64,000 bases of DNA. Source: Ancylobacter sp. Lineage in GTDB: Bacteria; Pseudomonadota; Alphaproteobacteria; Rhizobiales; Xanthobacteraceae. Positions 46,579-55,977 of this stretch are shown here, one piece after another. A program made the translations under genes and the position numbers. A model generated the notes under the pieces. That model did no database searches and had not been told where the DNA came from. It worked only from the letters and a program-made list of their open reading frames with translations. Positions within the stretch are counted from its first letter, which is position 1. Each line of letters starts with the position of its first letter. The stretch lies in the NCBI RefSeq assembly GCF_965229075.1, contig NZ_CBDDIO010000001.1:1104674-1168673 (forward strand), read 5' to 3'.

Positions 46579-47283
46579 CTAAAGCGCGGTAATTCGCAGG
46601 GTCTCGTCTTCGGTCGACACGCGCACCGCCGTGCCGCGAAAGGCGTCGTCAATGTCCTCGGCCGTGCGGTAGATGCCGTCCACGGCGAGCAGTTCGGCTT
46701 CCAGCTTGCTGCAGAAGATCTGCGCCGAAGCGCCGAAGGTCGCGCCGGCAATCGCCCGGCCGGCCAGCGTGCCATAGACATGGATCGAGCCGCCGGCGAT
46801 GATCTCCGCCCCGGCACCGACCGAGCCGATGATCGTCACGTCGCCTTCCAGGCAGACGATGGACTGGCCGGAGCGCACGCGCCGCTCGACGATCAGGTTC
46901 ACCGGCTCGACCGGCTTGCGCGGCTCGGGCGCCGGCTCCGGCGCGGCCACGTCGTTGATGGCGAGCGTGGCGTCGCGCCCGCCGCGCAGGATGGGCGGCA
47001 TGGCGGCGTCGACGAGGCTGGGGCGCACGCCCTCCAGCCCGACCAGCCGGACGCCGCGTGTGGCGAGTTCGCTGATCCAGCCTTCGACCTCGGCCTTGCT
47101 CTGCGCCGTGCCGGCGAGATCGAGCACGACGGTGCGGCCGGTGAAGAAGCCGGGGGAACGCTGCAGCCAGACATCGAAATCGGCCAGCCAGGCCGACAGC
47201 GGCACGTCGGCCACCAGCGTCATCGCCATGAACGAGCGTCCACGGAAACGGATGGAGGGGCCGGTCTGACTGACTGCGTTCAC
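46579..47283 (-). CDS. minC: septum site-determining protein MinC
   Basis: 234 aa with the C-terminal beta-helix repeat RSGQSIVCLEGDVTIIGSVGAGAEIIAGGSIHVYG. It lies upstream of minD. Confidence 0.9.
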   Translation of the reverse strand: MNAVSQTGPSIRFRGRSFMAMTLVADVPLSAWLADFDVWLQRSPGFFTGRTVVLDLAGTAQSKAEVEGWISELATRGVRLVGLEGVRPSLVDAAMPPILRGGRDATLAINDVAAPEPAPEPRKPVEPVNLIVERRVRSGQSIVCLEGDVTIIGSVGAGAEIIAGGSIHVYGTLAGRAIAGATFGASAQIFCSKLEAELLAVDGIYRTAEDIDDAFRGTAVRVSTEDETLRITAL

Positions 47284-47327
47284 GGGTCGAATCTCCCTAA
47301 GTGATGGATAGATTCAGTTAATTTTGG

Positions 47328-47342
47328 TTAACGAGTGGTTAA
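47328..47342. promoter_or_regulatory. CtrA-type box (TTAA-N7-TTAA) upstream of minC
   Basis: TTAACGAGTGGTTAA lies at 47328-47342, 45-59 nt upstream of the minC start. A third TTAA at 47318-47321 gives three roughly helically phased half-sites. Confidence 0.4.
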
Positions 47343-47457
47343 TTCCGGGACGTTTGGCGCCGCCCGCGGGCGCCTTGTCCCCGGCGATGCCCGCGCACCG
47401 GCGACGCGCGCCGAAGGGGCGCGCCGGTGTCGCTTGGGGCTTCGCGCCGTTGCGGTA

Positions 47458-48483
47458 TCAGAGACTGGTGAGGAAGGCCGGCAGCAGCTCGCGCTCGCTG
47501 GTGATGTCCAGCTTGTCGTAGATGCGCAGCTTGTGATTCTTCACCCCGCCGACGGTGATATCGAGCTGGCGGGCGATGGAGGCGTTGTGGTGTCCATCGA
47601 GGGACAGCCGCACGATCTGCTTCTGACGCTCGGTCAGCCCGTAGAGCCGGGCCAGCCGGTCGAGGCGGCTGGCGAAGTCCTGTGCCTCTTTTCGCAGCAC
47701 GAACACCTGTGCGTCGCGCAGAAGCGGGTCCGTGCCCTCGCTTGCCGGCCGCAGCAGGCACCAGCCGCCATTGCCGAGAATGACCCGGCGGTCGCCCCGC
47801 AGCACATGGTCGGGCACGCCCGGCCGGTCGAAGGCCTGACGCGCCGCCTCTCCCCAACCTTCGGACTGGAACAGGCGAGCGCCATCGGCGCTGAGGATCA
47901 GGATTTCCGCCGGCGCGTCACCCGCCAGGCTCGACGTGCGCGTGACCTGCCGCTCCACCGTGAGGGTCACGTGCTGGCGGTGCATTTCCAAGAGGATGTC
48001 GAGCATTTCCGAGGCGAGGCGCAGTTCCCCGTCGTCGAACGCCTCCCGGTGCCGGTCGAGGCATAGGGCGAGGAAGCTGCGCTCGTTCAGCGGCAGGAGC
48101 AGCGCCAGTTCGTCGGCGATGCCGAGATCGACATCGAGATAGCGGGCATAGCTGCGGTCGAGCGGGCCATGGGCGCACAGGTTGCGCAGGCTGACGGCGC
48201 GATGACCGTCAGCGGCGAGCGGGGCGGAGGCCAGCGGATCGAACCGCCACAGCCGGTCCGCATAAGCGGATTTGGCGCGCGCGGCCATGCCGGAGTCGGA
48301 GATGATGCAGGGCTTCGCCGCCTCCTCATAGCGGGCCATGATCCAGAAATCGCACGGGATCAGCGGGGCGATAGCGTCGATGACGGTCTCATAGAAATCG
48401 TCGCGCCCCATGCGCGACAGCACGCGCGCCATGGTCTTGCCGAAGCCGGCCGGCAGATCGTGAACCCGTTCGTGGCGACCCAT
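47458..48483 (-). CDS. LuxR/FixJ-type HTH transcriptional regulator
   Basis: It has a C-terminal LuxR HTH (LTERQKQIVRLSLDGHHNASIARQLDITVGGVKNHKLRIYDKL). The ~270-aa N-terminal domain is of unknown type. Confidence 0.75.
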   Translation of the reverse strand: MGRHERVHDLPAGFGKTMARVLSRMGRDDFYETVIDAIAPLIPCDFWIMARYEEAAKPCIISDSGMAARAKSAYADRLWRFDPLASAPLAADGHRAVSLRNLCAHGPLDRSYARYLDVDLGIADELALLLPLNERSFLALCLDRHREAFDDGELRLASEMLDILLEMHRQHVTLTVERQVTRTSSLAGDAPAEILILSADGARLFQSEGWGEAARQAFDRPGVPDHVLRGDRRVILGNGGWCLLRPASEGTDPLLRDAQVFVLRKEAQDFASRLDRLARLYGLTERQKQIVRLSLDGHHNASIARQLDITVGGVKNHKLRIYDKLDITSERELLPAFLTSL

Positions 48484-48660
48484 GCCGGCCGTGCTTTCCT
48501 GCTGTTCAAGACGCGGTTACAGGCAAGATTCATGCCCTGCGCGCCCCACGCAGCGGCGGAGCGGTGACTGCAGTCACTATCGGAGGACCGTCCCGCGCGG
48601 GGATATACATTCTGGCATAAACAGCGGTGGTCGTCCTCCGCGCCAAGAGGGAATGGTCGC

Positions 48661-49788
48661 ATGTCCGGATCGCGTTTTCTTACCCCGCCCCACCCCAGCC
48701 GCCGCGACGTGCTGCGCTTCGGCGCGCAGGCGGCGATGTTCGCGACCATTGCCAGCCAGGTCGATTTCACGCGGCCCGCCTATGCGGGCGAGGCCAAGCT
48801 CACCGGGCCGCTCAATGTGCTGGCCTGGGCCGGCTATAACGACCCGGAGCTGATGCGCGGCTTCACCGAGCTCACCGGCGTCGAGCTCAACATCAAGGAA
48901 GCCGAGAGCAACGGCGCGCAGCTGAGCCTCGTCCAGGCCGGCACCACCAAGTTCGACGTGATCAACCCCGACGCGGTGTGGACCTCGAAATTCGCCGCCG
49001 CCGGCCTCACCTTGCCAATCGACACCGCCAAGCTGCCCTCGCTCGAGGACACGCTGCCGGCGTTCCGCAACCGGCCGGAGACGATGTTCGACGGCAAGGT
49101 CTACGCCATCCCGACCCGCTTCGGTGTCAACGGCTTCGTCTACTGGCCGGACAAGATTTCCGCCGAAGCCGCTTCCAATGCCGAACTCGCCTGGGACCCG
49201 GCGCTGAAGAACCGGGTCGAGATCATCGACTGGCCGGAGCTCTACCTCTGGATGACCGGCAAGTGGATCGGCCAAGCAAAGCCGGAGGAAGCGACCGGCG
49301 AGGCGCTGCAGAAGATCCTCGACAAGATGATGGCCTTCCGTCCCAACATGCGGGCGCTGCAGGCCGATATGGGCACGGTGAAATCCGACCTCACCAACCG
49401 CGAGGCGTGGATGGTGTGGGGCTCGTCCAGCGACAATGTCCGCACCACGGCCCGTCTCGCCGGCGCCGATGTCGAATTGTCCATTCCCAAGCAGGGCGGC
49501 GCCATGTGGATGGAGACGCTGCAGATCGTGCGCGGCACCGAGCATCTCGCCTCCGCCATGGCCTATATCGACTACATGACCAGCGCCAAGGCGATGAAGC
49601 AGATGGCCTGGGGCGCGGACAAGTTCGCCGTCACCAATGCCAAGGTGAAGGACCTCCTCACGCCTGAACAGGTCAAGGCGCTCGGCCTCGACAAGATGGA
49701 AGAATGGGTCGCCAACTGCCAGATGAGCCTGGCGCCGTTCGATGAGAACGCCTGGGCCGACGCCTGGCAAACCTTCAAGATGGGCTGA
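48661..49788 (+). CDS. ABC transporter substrate-binding protein (PotD/PotF-like)
   Basis: It has a twin-arginine leader (PSRRDVLRFGAQAAMF) and PBP2 polyamine-type sequence. Confidence 0.8.
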   Translation: MSGSRFLTPPHPSRRDVLRFGAQAAMFATIASQVDFTRPAYAGEAKLTGPLNVLAWAGYNDPELMRGFTELTGVELNIKEAESNGAQLSLVQAGTTKFDVINPDAVWTSKFAAAGLTLPIDTAKLPSLEDTLPAFRNRPETMFDGKVYAIPTRFGVNGFVYWPDKISAEAASNAELAWDPALKNRVEIIDWPELYLWMTGKWIGQAKPEEATGEALQKILDKMMAFRPNMRALQADMGTVKSDLTNREAWMVWGSSSDNVRTTARLAGADVELSIPKQGGAMWMETLQIVRGTEHLASAMAYIDYMTSAKAMKQMAWGADKFAVTNAKVKDLLTPEQVKALGLDKMEEWVANCQMSLAPFDENAWADAWQTFKMG

Positions 49789-49799
49789 GGCGCGGGTCG

Positions 49800-50534
49800 A
49801 TGCATATACGCGTGATCGTGCCGGTGCTGGATTCCAAGGAGCTGGTGGGCAAGGCCGAGGCCGAGTACCGCTCCTTCGCCGGCGAAGGCGTCGAAATTTC
49901 CGCCGTGCCGCTGGGGCGCGGCACCAACTCCATCGAGGCGGAATTCGACTCCGCACTCGCCGCGCCCGAAGTGATGCGCCTCGCCCGCGAGGCCGAGGCG
50001 GATGGGGTGGATGCCTGCACCATCGCCTGTTTCACCGATCCGGGGCTGGCGGGCGCGCGCGAGCTGGTCTCCATCCCCATCGTCGGGGAAGGCGAGGCGG
50101 CGCTGCACATGGCAGCGATGCTGTCGAACCGCTTCACCGTGTTCATCACCGAGAAGCCGCTGTTCCCGCTCATCCGCCGGGTGGTCGGGCGCTACGGGCT
50201 GGAGCGCCATCTCGCCTCGGTGCGGGCGGCGGGCGCCAGCGTGCTGGCACTGGACGAGACGTGCCTCGCCCACATCATCGCCGAGAGCATCGACGCGGTG
50301 GAGCGCGACGGGGCGGAAGCCTTCGTGATGGGCTGCACCGGCACCGGCTTCGACATGGCGCAGGCGGTGGAAGAAGCGCTGCACCGGCATTTCGGCGTCT
50401 CCATTCCGGTGATCGACCCCGGCAAGGTGGCGCTGCACTTTGCCCGCGCCATGGTGGCGACGGGGCTGCGGCCGTCGAAGCTCGCCTATCCCACGCCGGC
50501 CTTCGCCCGCGACGAATACGCCTTCGCTTCATGA
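49800..50534 (+). CDS. Asp/Glu/hydantoin racemase family protein
   Basis: It has the paired catalytic-Cys blocks TIACFTDPGL and VMGCTGTG at the typical ~240-aa size. Confidence 0.8.
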   Translation: MHIRVIVPVLDSKELVGKAEAEYRSFAGEGVEISAVPLGRGTNSIEAEFDSALAAPEVMRLAREAEADGVDACTIACFTDPGLAGARELVSIPIVGEGEAALHMAAMLSNRFTVFITEKPLFPLIRRVVGRYGLERHLASVRAAGASVLALDETCLAHIIAESIDAVERDGAEAFVMGCTGTGFDMAQAVEEALHRHFGVSIPVIDPGKVALHFARAMVATGLRPSKLAYPTPAFARDEYAFAS

Positions 50535-51421
50535 GCGCGGCGCGTGACATCCCGCGGCGCCGGTCGCTTCTGAGGGCGGCGCTGCCGGCGGCCGGGCTGC
50601 TGCCGCTGGTGCTGTGGCAGATCGTGTTCTTCGTCGTGCCGGTGGCGCTGATCCTGGGGCTCAGTGTCTGGCGGACCCAGAGCTACCGCCTGATCCCCGC
50701 CTTCACCTTCGACAACTACATCGCCATCTTCGCCCGCCCGGCGATCTGGCGCGCGCTGCTGCTGTCGGTGGAGACGGCGGCCTTCGTCACGGTGGCCTGC
50801 GCGGTGCTCGCCTTTCCCGTCGCCTATTTCATCGCCAAGAAGGCGGGTCGCTGGCGCGGGCTGCTGCTGGTGGCGGTGATCGCGCCGTTCTGGATCAGCA
50901 TCGTCATGCGGGTGGCCGCGTGGCGGCTGCTGCTGGGCGAACGCGGTGTCATCAACCAGCTGGCGATGACGCTCGGCCTGACCGACGCGCCGATGAGCTT
51001 CCTGCTCTATTCGCCGGTCTCGACCGCCATCGGGCTGATCTACGCCTATCTGCCGCTCTATGTCCTGCCGCTCTACGCCGCCATCAGCAACATCCACGAC
51101 AACTGGATCGAGGCGGCAATGGACCTCAACGCCAGCCCCACGCGCACCTTCTTCGAGGTGATCCTGCCGTTGTCGGCGCCCGGGCTGGTGGTAGGGGCGG
51201 TGTTCTGCTTCGTGTTCGGGCTCGGCGAATTCGTCACGCCGGCGCTGCTCGGCGGCGGCAAGCAGCTGATGTTCTCGCAGGTGATCCAGGACGAGTTCCA
51301 GCGCCGGCTGGACTGGCCGAGCGGGGCGGCGATGGCCGTGGTGCTGCTGGCCCTCGTCTTCGCCGCGCTGGCGCTGTCGATGAAATGGATCCGCCGCGCC
51401 AGCGGGGAGACGGGCCTATGA
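50531..51421 (+). CDS. ABC transporter permease (PotB-like)
   Basis: The ATG at 50531 overlaps the racemase stop (ATGA). It is a 6-TM BPD_transp_1-type permease. Confidence 0.8.
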   Translation: MSAARDIPRRRSLLRAALPAAGLLPLVLWQIVFFVVPVALILGLSVWRTQSYRLIPAFTFDNYIAIFARPAIWRALLLSVETAAFVTVACAVLAFPVAYFIAKKAGRWRGLLLVAVIAPFWISIVMRVAAWRLLLGERGVINQLAMTLGLTDAPMSFLLYSPVSTAIGLIYAYLPLYVLPLYAAISNIHDNWIEAAMDLNASPTRTFFEVILPLSAPGLVVGAVFCFVFGLGEFVTPALLGGGKQLMFSQVIQDEFQRRLDWPSGAAMAVVLLALVFAALALSMKWIRRASGETGL

Positions 51422-52215
51422 ACCGCCTCTCCTTCGGCTGGACGCTGCCGGCCTATTCGGTGCTGCTCTACGCCTTCCTCTACCTGCCCATCGTGGTGAT
51501 CGTGCTGTTCGCCTTCGACGCCAAGGCGATTCCGGGCCTGCCGATCGACGCCTTCACCACCGACTGGTTTGGCGCCAGCCTCGGCGATACGCGCCTCGTC
51601 GGTTCGCTTTTCACCAGCATCCGCCTCGCCTTGATGGCGGCGGTGCTCTCCACGGCGCTCGCCATGCCGGCGGCGATGGTGCTGGCATGGCGGCCGGTGC
51701 GGATGAAATCGCTGCTGCTCTGCCTGGTGCTCGGCCCCGTCGTGCTGCCGCAGCTTGTGCTGGGGCTGGGGCTCATCGTGCTGTTCCGCGCCGCGCCGGA
51801 TCTGATCGGACCACCCGCCATCGTGCTGGCGCACACGACGATGACGTCGAGCTACGCGACGCTGATGCTCTATTCGCGCTTTCTCGGTTTCCGGCGCAGC
51901 TATATCGAAGCGGCGATGAATCTCGGGGCGGACGAGTTCACCACTTTCCGCGAGGTGGTGCTGCCGCTGGTCGCGCCGTCGCTGATCGCGGTGCTGCTGC
52001 TGGCCTTCACCGATGCGTTCGGCGAGTTCGTCGTGGCGTGGTTCCTCGCCGGCTTCACCGAGACCCTGCCCATCGCCATCTGGACCTCGCTGCGGCAGGT
52101 CATCTCGCCCAAAATCTACGCGCTCTCCGCCCTGGTGATCCTGGTCACGCTGTTCGTCAGCGTTTCGGCGCAGGTCTGGATCCTCGGCCAGAGCCGCCTC
52201 GAACGTGAGTGCTGA
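51418..52215 (+). CDS. ABC transporter permease (PotC-like)
   Basis: The ATG at 51418 overlaps the upstream stop. It is a 6-TM permease. Confidence 0.8.
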   Translation: MNRLSFGWTLPAYSVLLYAFLYLPIVVIVLFAFDAKAIPGLPIDAFTTDWFGASLGDTRLVGSLFTSIRLALMAAVLSTALAMPAAMVLAWRPVRMKSLLLCLVLGPVVLPQLVLGLGLIVLFRAAPDLIGPPAIVLAHTTMTSSYATLMLYSRFLGFRRSYIEAAMNLGADEFTTFREVVLPLVAPSLIAVLLLAFTDAFGEFVVAWFLAGFTETLPIAIWTSLRQVISPKIYALSALVILVTLFVSVSAQVWILGQSRLEREC

Positions 52216-53301
52216 GTGATGACCGAGCTTTCCCCCAATGCCGTCGAACTGCGGGCCGTCAGCAAGGTCTATGGCGCGTCGGCGGCCGTGCGCGACGTGT
52301 CGATGGACATTCCGCGCGGAGCCTTCGTTACCATTCTCGGGCCGTCCGGCTGCGGCAAGTCCACCCTACTGCGGATGATCTCGGGCTTCGTCACGCCCTC
52401 CTCGGGCGATGTGCGCATCGACGGCGTCTCGGTCCTCGGCGCCGCGCCCTATGAACGCGACACCGCCATGGTGTTCCAGGACTACGCGCTGTTCCCCCAC
52501 CGCACCGTGGCGCAGAACCTCGCCTTCGGACTGCGCATGCGCAGGATAGCGAAGGACGAAATCGCCCGGCGGGTCGAGGCGATGCTGGAGCTGGTGAACC
52601 TCAAGGGCTTCGGCGACCGCCGGGTGAGCCAGATGTCGGGCGGGCAGGCGCAGCGTGTGGCGCTCGGCCGGGCGCTGATCGTGCGGCCGGCGGTGCTGCT
52701 GCTGGACGAACCGTTGGGCGCCCTCGACCTCAAGCTGCGCAAGCAGATGCAGGCGGAGCTGAAGACCCTGCACCGCGACCTCGGCCTGACCTTCGTGGCG
52801 GTGACGCATGATCAGGAAGAGGCGCTGACGCTCTCCGACCGGATCGCCGTGATGAATGGCGGGGCGCTGGAGCAGTTCGACACACCGGAAAACCTCTACC
52901 GTCGGCCGGCGACGCGCTTCGTCGCGGATTTCGTCGGCAACGCCAATCTGTTCGACGGGCGCCTCAGTGCCGGGGGAAGCGTAGTGGCAACTTCGCTGCC
53001 GCTCACGCTGGACCTCAGCGCCGCGCAGCGCGGCGGGCGGGGCGAGGGGGCGCGGGTGGCGCTGGTTGTTCGCCCGGAAACCATCGCCGTGGGCGCGGTC
53101 GCGCCCGCGCACCATGACTGCCGCGTCGAGGCGCGGGTGGATGAAATCATGTTCTCCGGCGCGGTGCAGCAGATCACCGGCCACCTGCCGGACGGCACGC
53201 GCCTCACCGCGCATCAGAGCGCGGCGCTGCCGGCGCCGGAGCGCGGCGCCACCGCCATTTTCTCCTGGCCGGGCCAGTCGGTCTGGCTGGTCGACGGCTG
53301 A
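52216..53301 (+). CDS. ABC transporter ATP-binding protein (PotA-like)
   Basis: It has GPSGCGKST, MSGGQAQRVALGRAL, LLLDEPLGALD and a C-terminal TOBE-like domain. Confidence 0.9.
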   Translation: MMTELSPNAVELRAVSKVYGASAAVRDVSMDIPRGAFVTILGPSGCGKSTLLRMISGFVTPSSGDVRIDGVSVLGAAPYERDTAMVFQDYALFPHRTVAQNLAFGLRMRRIAKDEIARRVEAMLELVNLKGFGDRRVSQMSGGQAQRVALGRALIVRPAVLLLDEPLGALDLKLRKQMQAELKTLHRDLGLTFVAVTHDQEEALTLSDRIAVMNGGALEQFDTPENLYRRPATRFVADFVGNANLFDGRLSAGGSVVATSLPLTLDLSAAQRGGRGEGARVALVVRPETIAVGAVAPAHHDCRVEARVDEIMFSGAVQQITGHLPDGTRLTAHQSAALPAPERGATAIFSWPGQSVWLVDG

Positions 53302-53321
53302 GGCCGTTCAAGGGCATTTCC

Positions 53322-54404
53322 ATGCGTGAACTCGACTATGACGAACTGGAGGCGCTCGCCATCGGCGCGGGCGTGCTCGGCACGGGCGGGGGCAACCATC
53401 CCCATCTCGAACTCATGTGCGCGCAGGCGGAGTACCGGCGCGGCCGGCGCATTCGCCTGATCGACCCGGACGAACTCGCGGACGATGCCCGCGTCGCCGT
53501 GGTGTGCATCATGGGCGCGCCGCTGGTGACCAAGGAGCGGCTGCCGGAGCCGCAATCCATCTGCCGCGCCGTGCGCCGCATGGAGGCGCATACCGGCCAG
53601 CGTTTCGACGCCATCATGTCGATCGAGATCGGCGGGGAGAACGCCTTCTTCGCCATGCTGGTGGGCATGGAACTCGGCCTGCCGGTGGTGGATGCCGACA
53701 CGATGGGCCGCGCCTTCCCGGAAGCGCAGATGGCGAGCTTCGCCATTCGCGGGCTGGAGGTCGCCCCCTTCGCCATCGCCGACATACGCGACAATGAAAT
53801 TCTCATCGCTCGCGCCGAGAGCCCGACACGGGTGGAGCGGATCGGCCGCCGCATCGTGGTCGAGCTTGGTTCCATCGCCGGCACTTGCACCGCCCCGCGC
53901 TCGGGCGCGGAGGTGAAGGCGCACGCGATCCTGCGCTCGGTCTCGCGCGCCATCGCCATCGGACGCTCGATCCAGGCCGCCAAGGCCGCCGGCCGCGATC
54001 CCGTCGCCGCCGTGGTCGAGGGCGCGCTGGCGCGGCTGGTGTTCACCGGCAAGGTGGACGACGTGTCGCGCCGCACCGAAGGCGGCTTCGTGCGCGGCAC
54101 CGTCCGTCTCACCGGCACGGGCGCCTGGCAGGGGCGGGAACTTTCCATCGCGTTTCAGAACGAGTTCGCGGTCGCCCACCGGGACGGGGCCCTCGTCGCC
54201 AGCGTGCCGGACCTTATCACCGTGCTCGACGAGGAAAGCGCCGAGGCCATCGGCGCCGAGGTCATCCGCTACGGCCAGCGCGTGGCGGTGATCGTGCTCG
54301 GCGCCGACCCGATCATGCGCAGCACTGAGGGGCTCGCCGTCGTGGGGCCGCGCGCCTTCGGCTACGATTTCGACTACCGCCCCTTCGAGGAGCTGACCCC
54401 ATGA
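53322..54404 (+). CDS. DUF917 family protein
   Basis: The 360-aa sequence begins LEALAIGAGVLGTGGGNHP... and contains SIEIGGENA... and VVDADTMGRAFPE, as in DUF917 proteins that accompany hydantoinase-like genes. Confidence 0.7.
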   Translation: MRELDYDELEALAIGAGVLGTGGGNHPHLELMCAQAEYRRGRRIRLIDPDELADDARVAVVCIMGAPLVTKERLPEPQSICRAVRRMEAHTGQRFDAIMSIEIGGENAFFAMLVGMELGLPVVDADTMGRAFPEAQMASFAIRGLEVAPFAIADIRDNEILIARAESPTRVERIGRRIVVELGSIAGTCTAPRSGAEVKAHAILRSVSRAIAIGRSIQAAKAAGRDPVAAVVEGALARLVFTGKVDDVSRRTEGGFVRGTVRLTGTGAWQGRELSIAFQNEFAVAHRDGALVASVPDLITVLDEESAEAIGAEVIRYGQRVAVIVLGADPIMRSTEGLAVVGPRAFGYDFDYRPFEELTP

Positions 54405-55936
54405 AGCGCATCGGCATCGATGTCGGCGGCACCAATACGGACGCGGTTCTGCTCGACGGCAGCCGCATCCTGCGCGCGATCAAGAGCCCGACCACGGCGG
54501 ATGTGACCAGCGGGGTGCGGGCCGCGCTCGCCCATGTGCTGGCCGACACCGACGGCACGACGCCCGATGTGCGCGCGGTGATGATCGGCACGACCCATTT
54601 CACCAATGCGGTGATCGAACGGCGCGGGCTGTCCAAGGTCGCCGTCATCCGCATCGGCCTTCCCGCCGCATCCTCCATCGAACCCATGGCCGACTGGCCA
54701 CAGGACCTGCACCGCGCAGTGGCCGGCCCCGTTTTCCTGCTGCAGGGCGGGCATGAATTCGACGGAAGGCCCATCGTCGCCTTCGACCGCGACGGCATGC
54801 GCCGGGCGGCAGAGGTGATCCGCGACAGCGGCATCGCGGCGGCCGCCATCACCGCCGTGTTCTCCCCGCTCATCGCCGATTGTGAGCGGGAAGCCGCCGC
54901 CATCCTCGCCGAGGTGGCGCCGGACGTGTCGATCACCCTCTCCAGCGATCTCGGCCGCATCGGGCTGATCGAGCGCGAGAACGCGACGATCCTCAACAGC
55001 GCCCTGCACGGGCTGGCGCGGCGCACGGTCGCCGCCTTCCGCCAGGCGATCACGGAGACGGGCCTCACCGGCCCGCTCTACCTCACCCAGAATGACGGCA
55101 CGGTGATGCGGGCCGAGGAGGCCGAGCGCTTCCCGGTGCTGTGCTTCGCCTCCGGCCCGACCAACAGCATGCGCGGGGCGCATCTTCTGTCCGGTCTCAG
55201 CGACGCCGTCGTGCTCGATGTCGGCGGCACCACGACCGATGCCGGCATGCTGCAGGCCGGCTTCCCCCGGCAAGCCAACACGCAGGTGGATATTGGCGGG
55301 GTGCGCACCTTCTTCCGCATGCCGGACGTCGTGGCCATCGCGCTCGGCGGCGGCACCGTGGTGCGGGAGGCGCCGTTCACCGTCGGGCCGGACAGCGTCG
55401 GCTTCCGGCTGCTGGAGAAGGCGCGCATCGCCGGTGGCGACACGCTGACCCTCACCGATGTCGGCGTGCGGCTGGGCCTGCTGGAACTGGGAGACGCGGA
55501 GCGGCGGAGCGACATCCCGCTCGACCTCTCCGAGGCGGCGCAGATCTGGATCGGGCGCCGGCTCGCCGATCTCGTCGACCGGATGAAGACCAGCGGCGCC
55601 GATCTGCCCGTCATCGCCGTCGGCGGCGGGGCGTTTCTCGTGCCGGATCATTTGCCCGGCGTCTCGCAGGTCATCAAGGTGGAGAATGCCGGCGTCGCCA
55701 ATGCGGTGGGCGCTGCCATGTCGCAGGTCAGCGGCGAGAGCGACCGTATCTTCTATGGCGTCCCCCGCGACGAGGCGATCGCCGAGACGCTGCGCGCGGC
55801 GCGCGAGCAGGCGGTTGCCGCCGGCGCGGCACCGGATACGCTCGCCGTGCTGGATGTCGACGACACGCCCATGTCCTACATTCCCGGCGATCCGCTGCGG
55901 GTGAGGGTGCGGGTGATCGGCGATCTCGCGGGCTAG
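54401..55936 (+). CDS. hydantoinase/oxoprolinase family protein (HyuA-like)
   Basis: It has an actin-fold ATPase start MKRIGIDVGGTNTDAVL and a second phosphate motif VLDVGGTTTD. Its start overlaps the DUF917 stop. Confidence 0.8.
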   Translation: MKRIGIDVGGTNTDAVLLDGSRILRAIKSPTTADVTSGVRAALAHVLADTDGTTPDVRAVMIGTTHFTNAVIERRGLSKVAVIRIGLPAASSIEPMADWPQDLHRAVAGPVFLLQGGHEFDGRPIVAFDRDGMRRAAEVIRDSGIAAAAITAVFSPLIADCEREAAAILAEVAPDVSITLSSDLGRIGLIERENATILNSALHGLARRTVAAFRQAITETGLTGPLYLTQNDGTVMRAEEAERFPVLCFASGPTNSMRGAHLLSGLSDAVVLDVGGTTTDAGMLQAGFPRQANTQVDIGGVRTFFRMPDVVAIALGGGTVVREAPFTVGPDSVGFRLLEKARIAGGDTLTLTDVGVRLGLLELGDAERRSDIPLDLSEAAQIWIGRRLADLVDRMKTSGADLPVIAVGGGAFLVPDHLPGVSQVIKVENAGVANAVGAAMSQVSGESDRIFYGVPRDEAIAETLRAAREQAVAAGAAPDTLAVLDVDDTPMSYIPGDPLRVRVRVIGDLAG

Positions 55937-55977
55937 CTACGGCCGCAGCACTCCACAGACCTATCGGGGGAAGGCGC

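Noticed and set aside
48577-49956. 459-aa minus-strand ORF, and the long plus-strand frame 49742..51421 upstream of ATG 50531
   Set aside because: The antisense frame has no motifs. The 5' part of 49742..51421 overlaps the well-supported SBP and racemase genes in another frame. The permease starts at ATG 50531.
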